Source: Octopus vulgaris
Lineage: Eukaryota
NCBI GenBank assembly: GCA_951406725.2
Contig: OX597828.1
Coordinates: 66,712,001 to 66,776,000, forward strand
Length of the DNA stretch: 64,000 bases
Direction of reading: 5' to 3'
How positions within the stretch are numbered: the first letter of the stretch is position 1; each line of letters starts with the position of its first letter. Made by a program: the position numbers and the translations under genes. Below are positions 63,332 through 64,000 of this stretch, piece after piece. The notes under the pieces are model-generated. The model did not search any database and had not been told where the DNA came from. It saw only the letters and a list, made by a program, of their open reading frames with translations.

Positions 63332-64000
63332 CTGCAAGGAGTAGAAAGTGTTTCATGGATTATTACAATGACTGAACATCACATGGAAGTTAAACTAAAC
63401 CAAGTAACATCTCATCTCTATTATTTATCATATAAAAACAATGGTGTGGGGGCTGGTGCTACATGAAAAGCACCCAGTACACTCTGTAAAGTGGTTGGCG
63501 TTAGGAAGGGCATCCAGCTGTAGAAACCAGGCCCGAAAGACACGGAGCCTGGCCAGCTTCTGTCAAATTGTCCAACCCATTCCAGCATGGAAAACGGACA
63601 TTAAATAGTGATGATGATAGTAAAATCATGACCATCCATACATACAGGCATGTCTCTCTGTTAGCTGAGAGGCCCTTGTCTTATGGGCTTGAAAATGCTG
63701 GTGCCACATAAAAAGCACCTGTTTCAGTATCAGATAAGAAGCACCTGTCTCAGTGCAGCATAAAAAGCCCCTAGTGCACTCGTGTAGAGTGGCTGTAGAA
63801 ACCAGGCCAGAACAGATCATGGAACCTGGTGTGGCCTCTGGCCTTGCCAGTTAAGCCATCCATCCGATGCTAATATAGAAAACAGATGCTAAAGGTTGAT
63901 GACGGCAGTAATTAATTATAGGAGGAATGGCCTGCCTGTGTGATTTAGGAGTTTGCTTCACAACCAAAGCATCCAAAATGTACAGCATTTTGGGCAAGTG

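Overview
AT-rich, repeat-dense eukaryotic (animal) genomic DNA. The SINE families and microsatellite load look like an octopus/coleoid cephalopod, but that is inference and not verified. Two host genes are convergent. (1) A lysosomal glucosylceramidase (GBA1-like, GH30) on +, with nine phase-consistent coding exons at 27280-47867 and a candidate 5' exon near 19421-19540. (2) The last eight coding exons of stomatin-like protein 2 (STOML2) on -, at 63331-50174; its 5' end was not found in the window. Upstream lies a ~9.5 kb Helitron complex: a chimeric non-autonomous element joined directly (CTAG|TC) to a full-length element whose RepHel ORF has four in-frame stops and one SINE insertion. The rest is SINEs, RTE/CR1 LINE fragments, mariner relics, piggyBac-type MITEs, Penelope-like fragments (some with degenerate hammerhead ribozyme motifs), several long fold-back inverted repeats in GBA introns, and a decayed tRNA-Gly copy with an ACC anticodon. 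No prokaryote-type systems such as CRISPR are present. All alignments and coordinates were done by eye.
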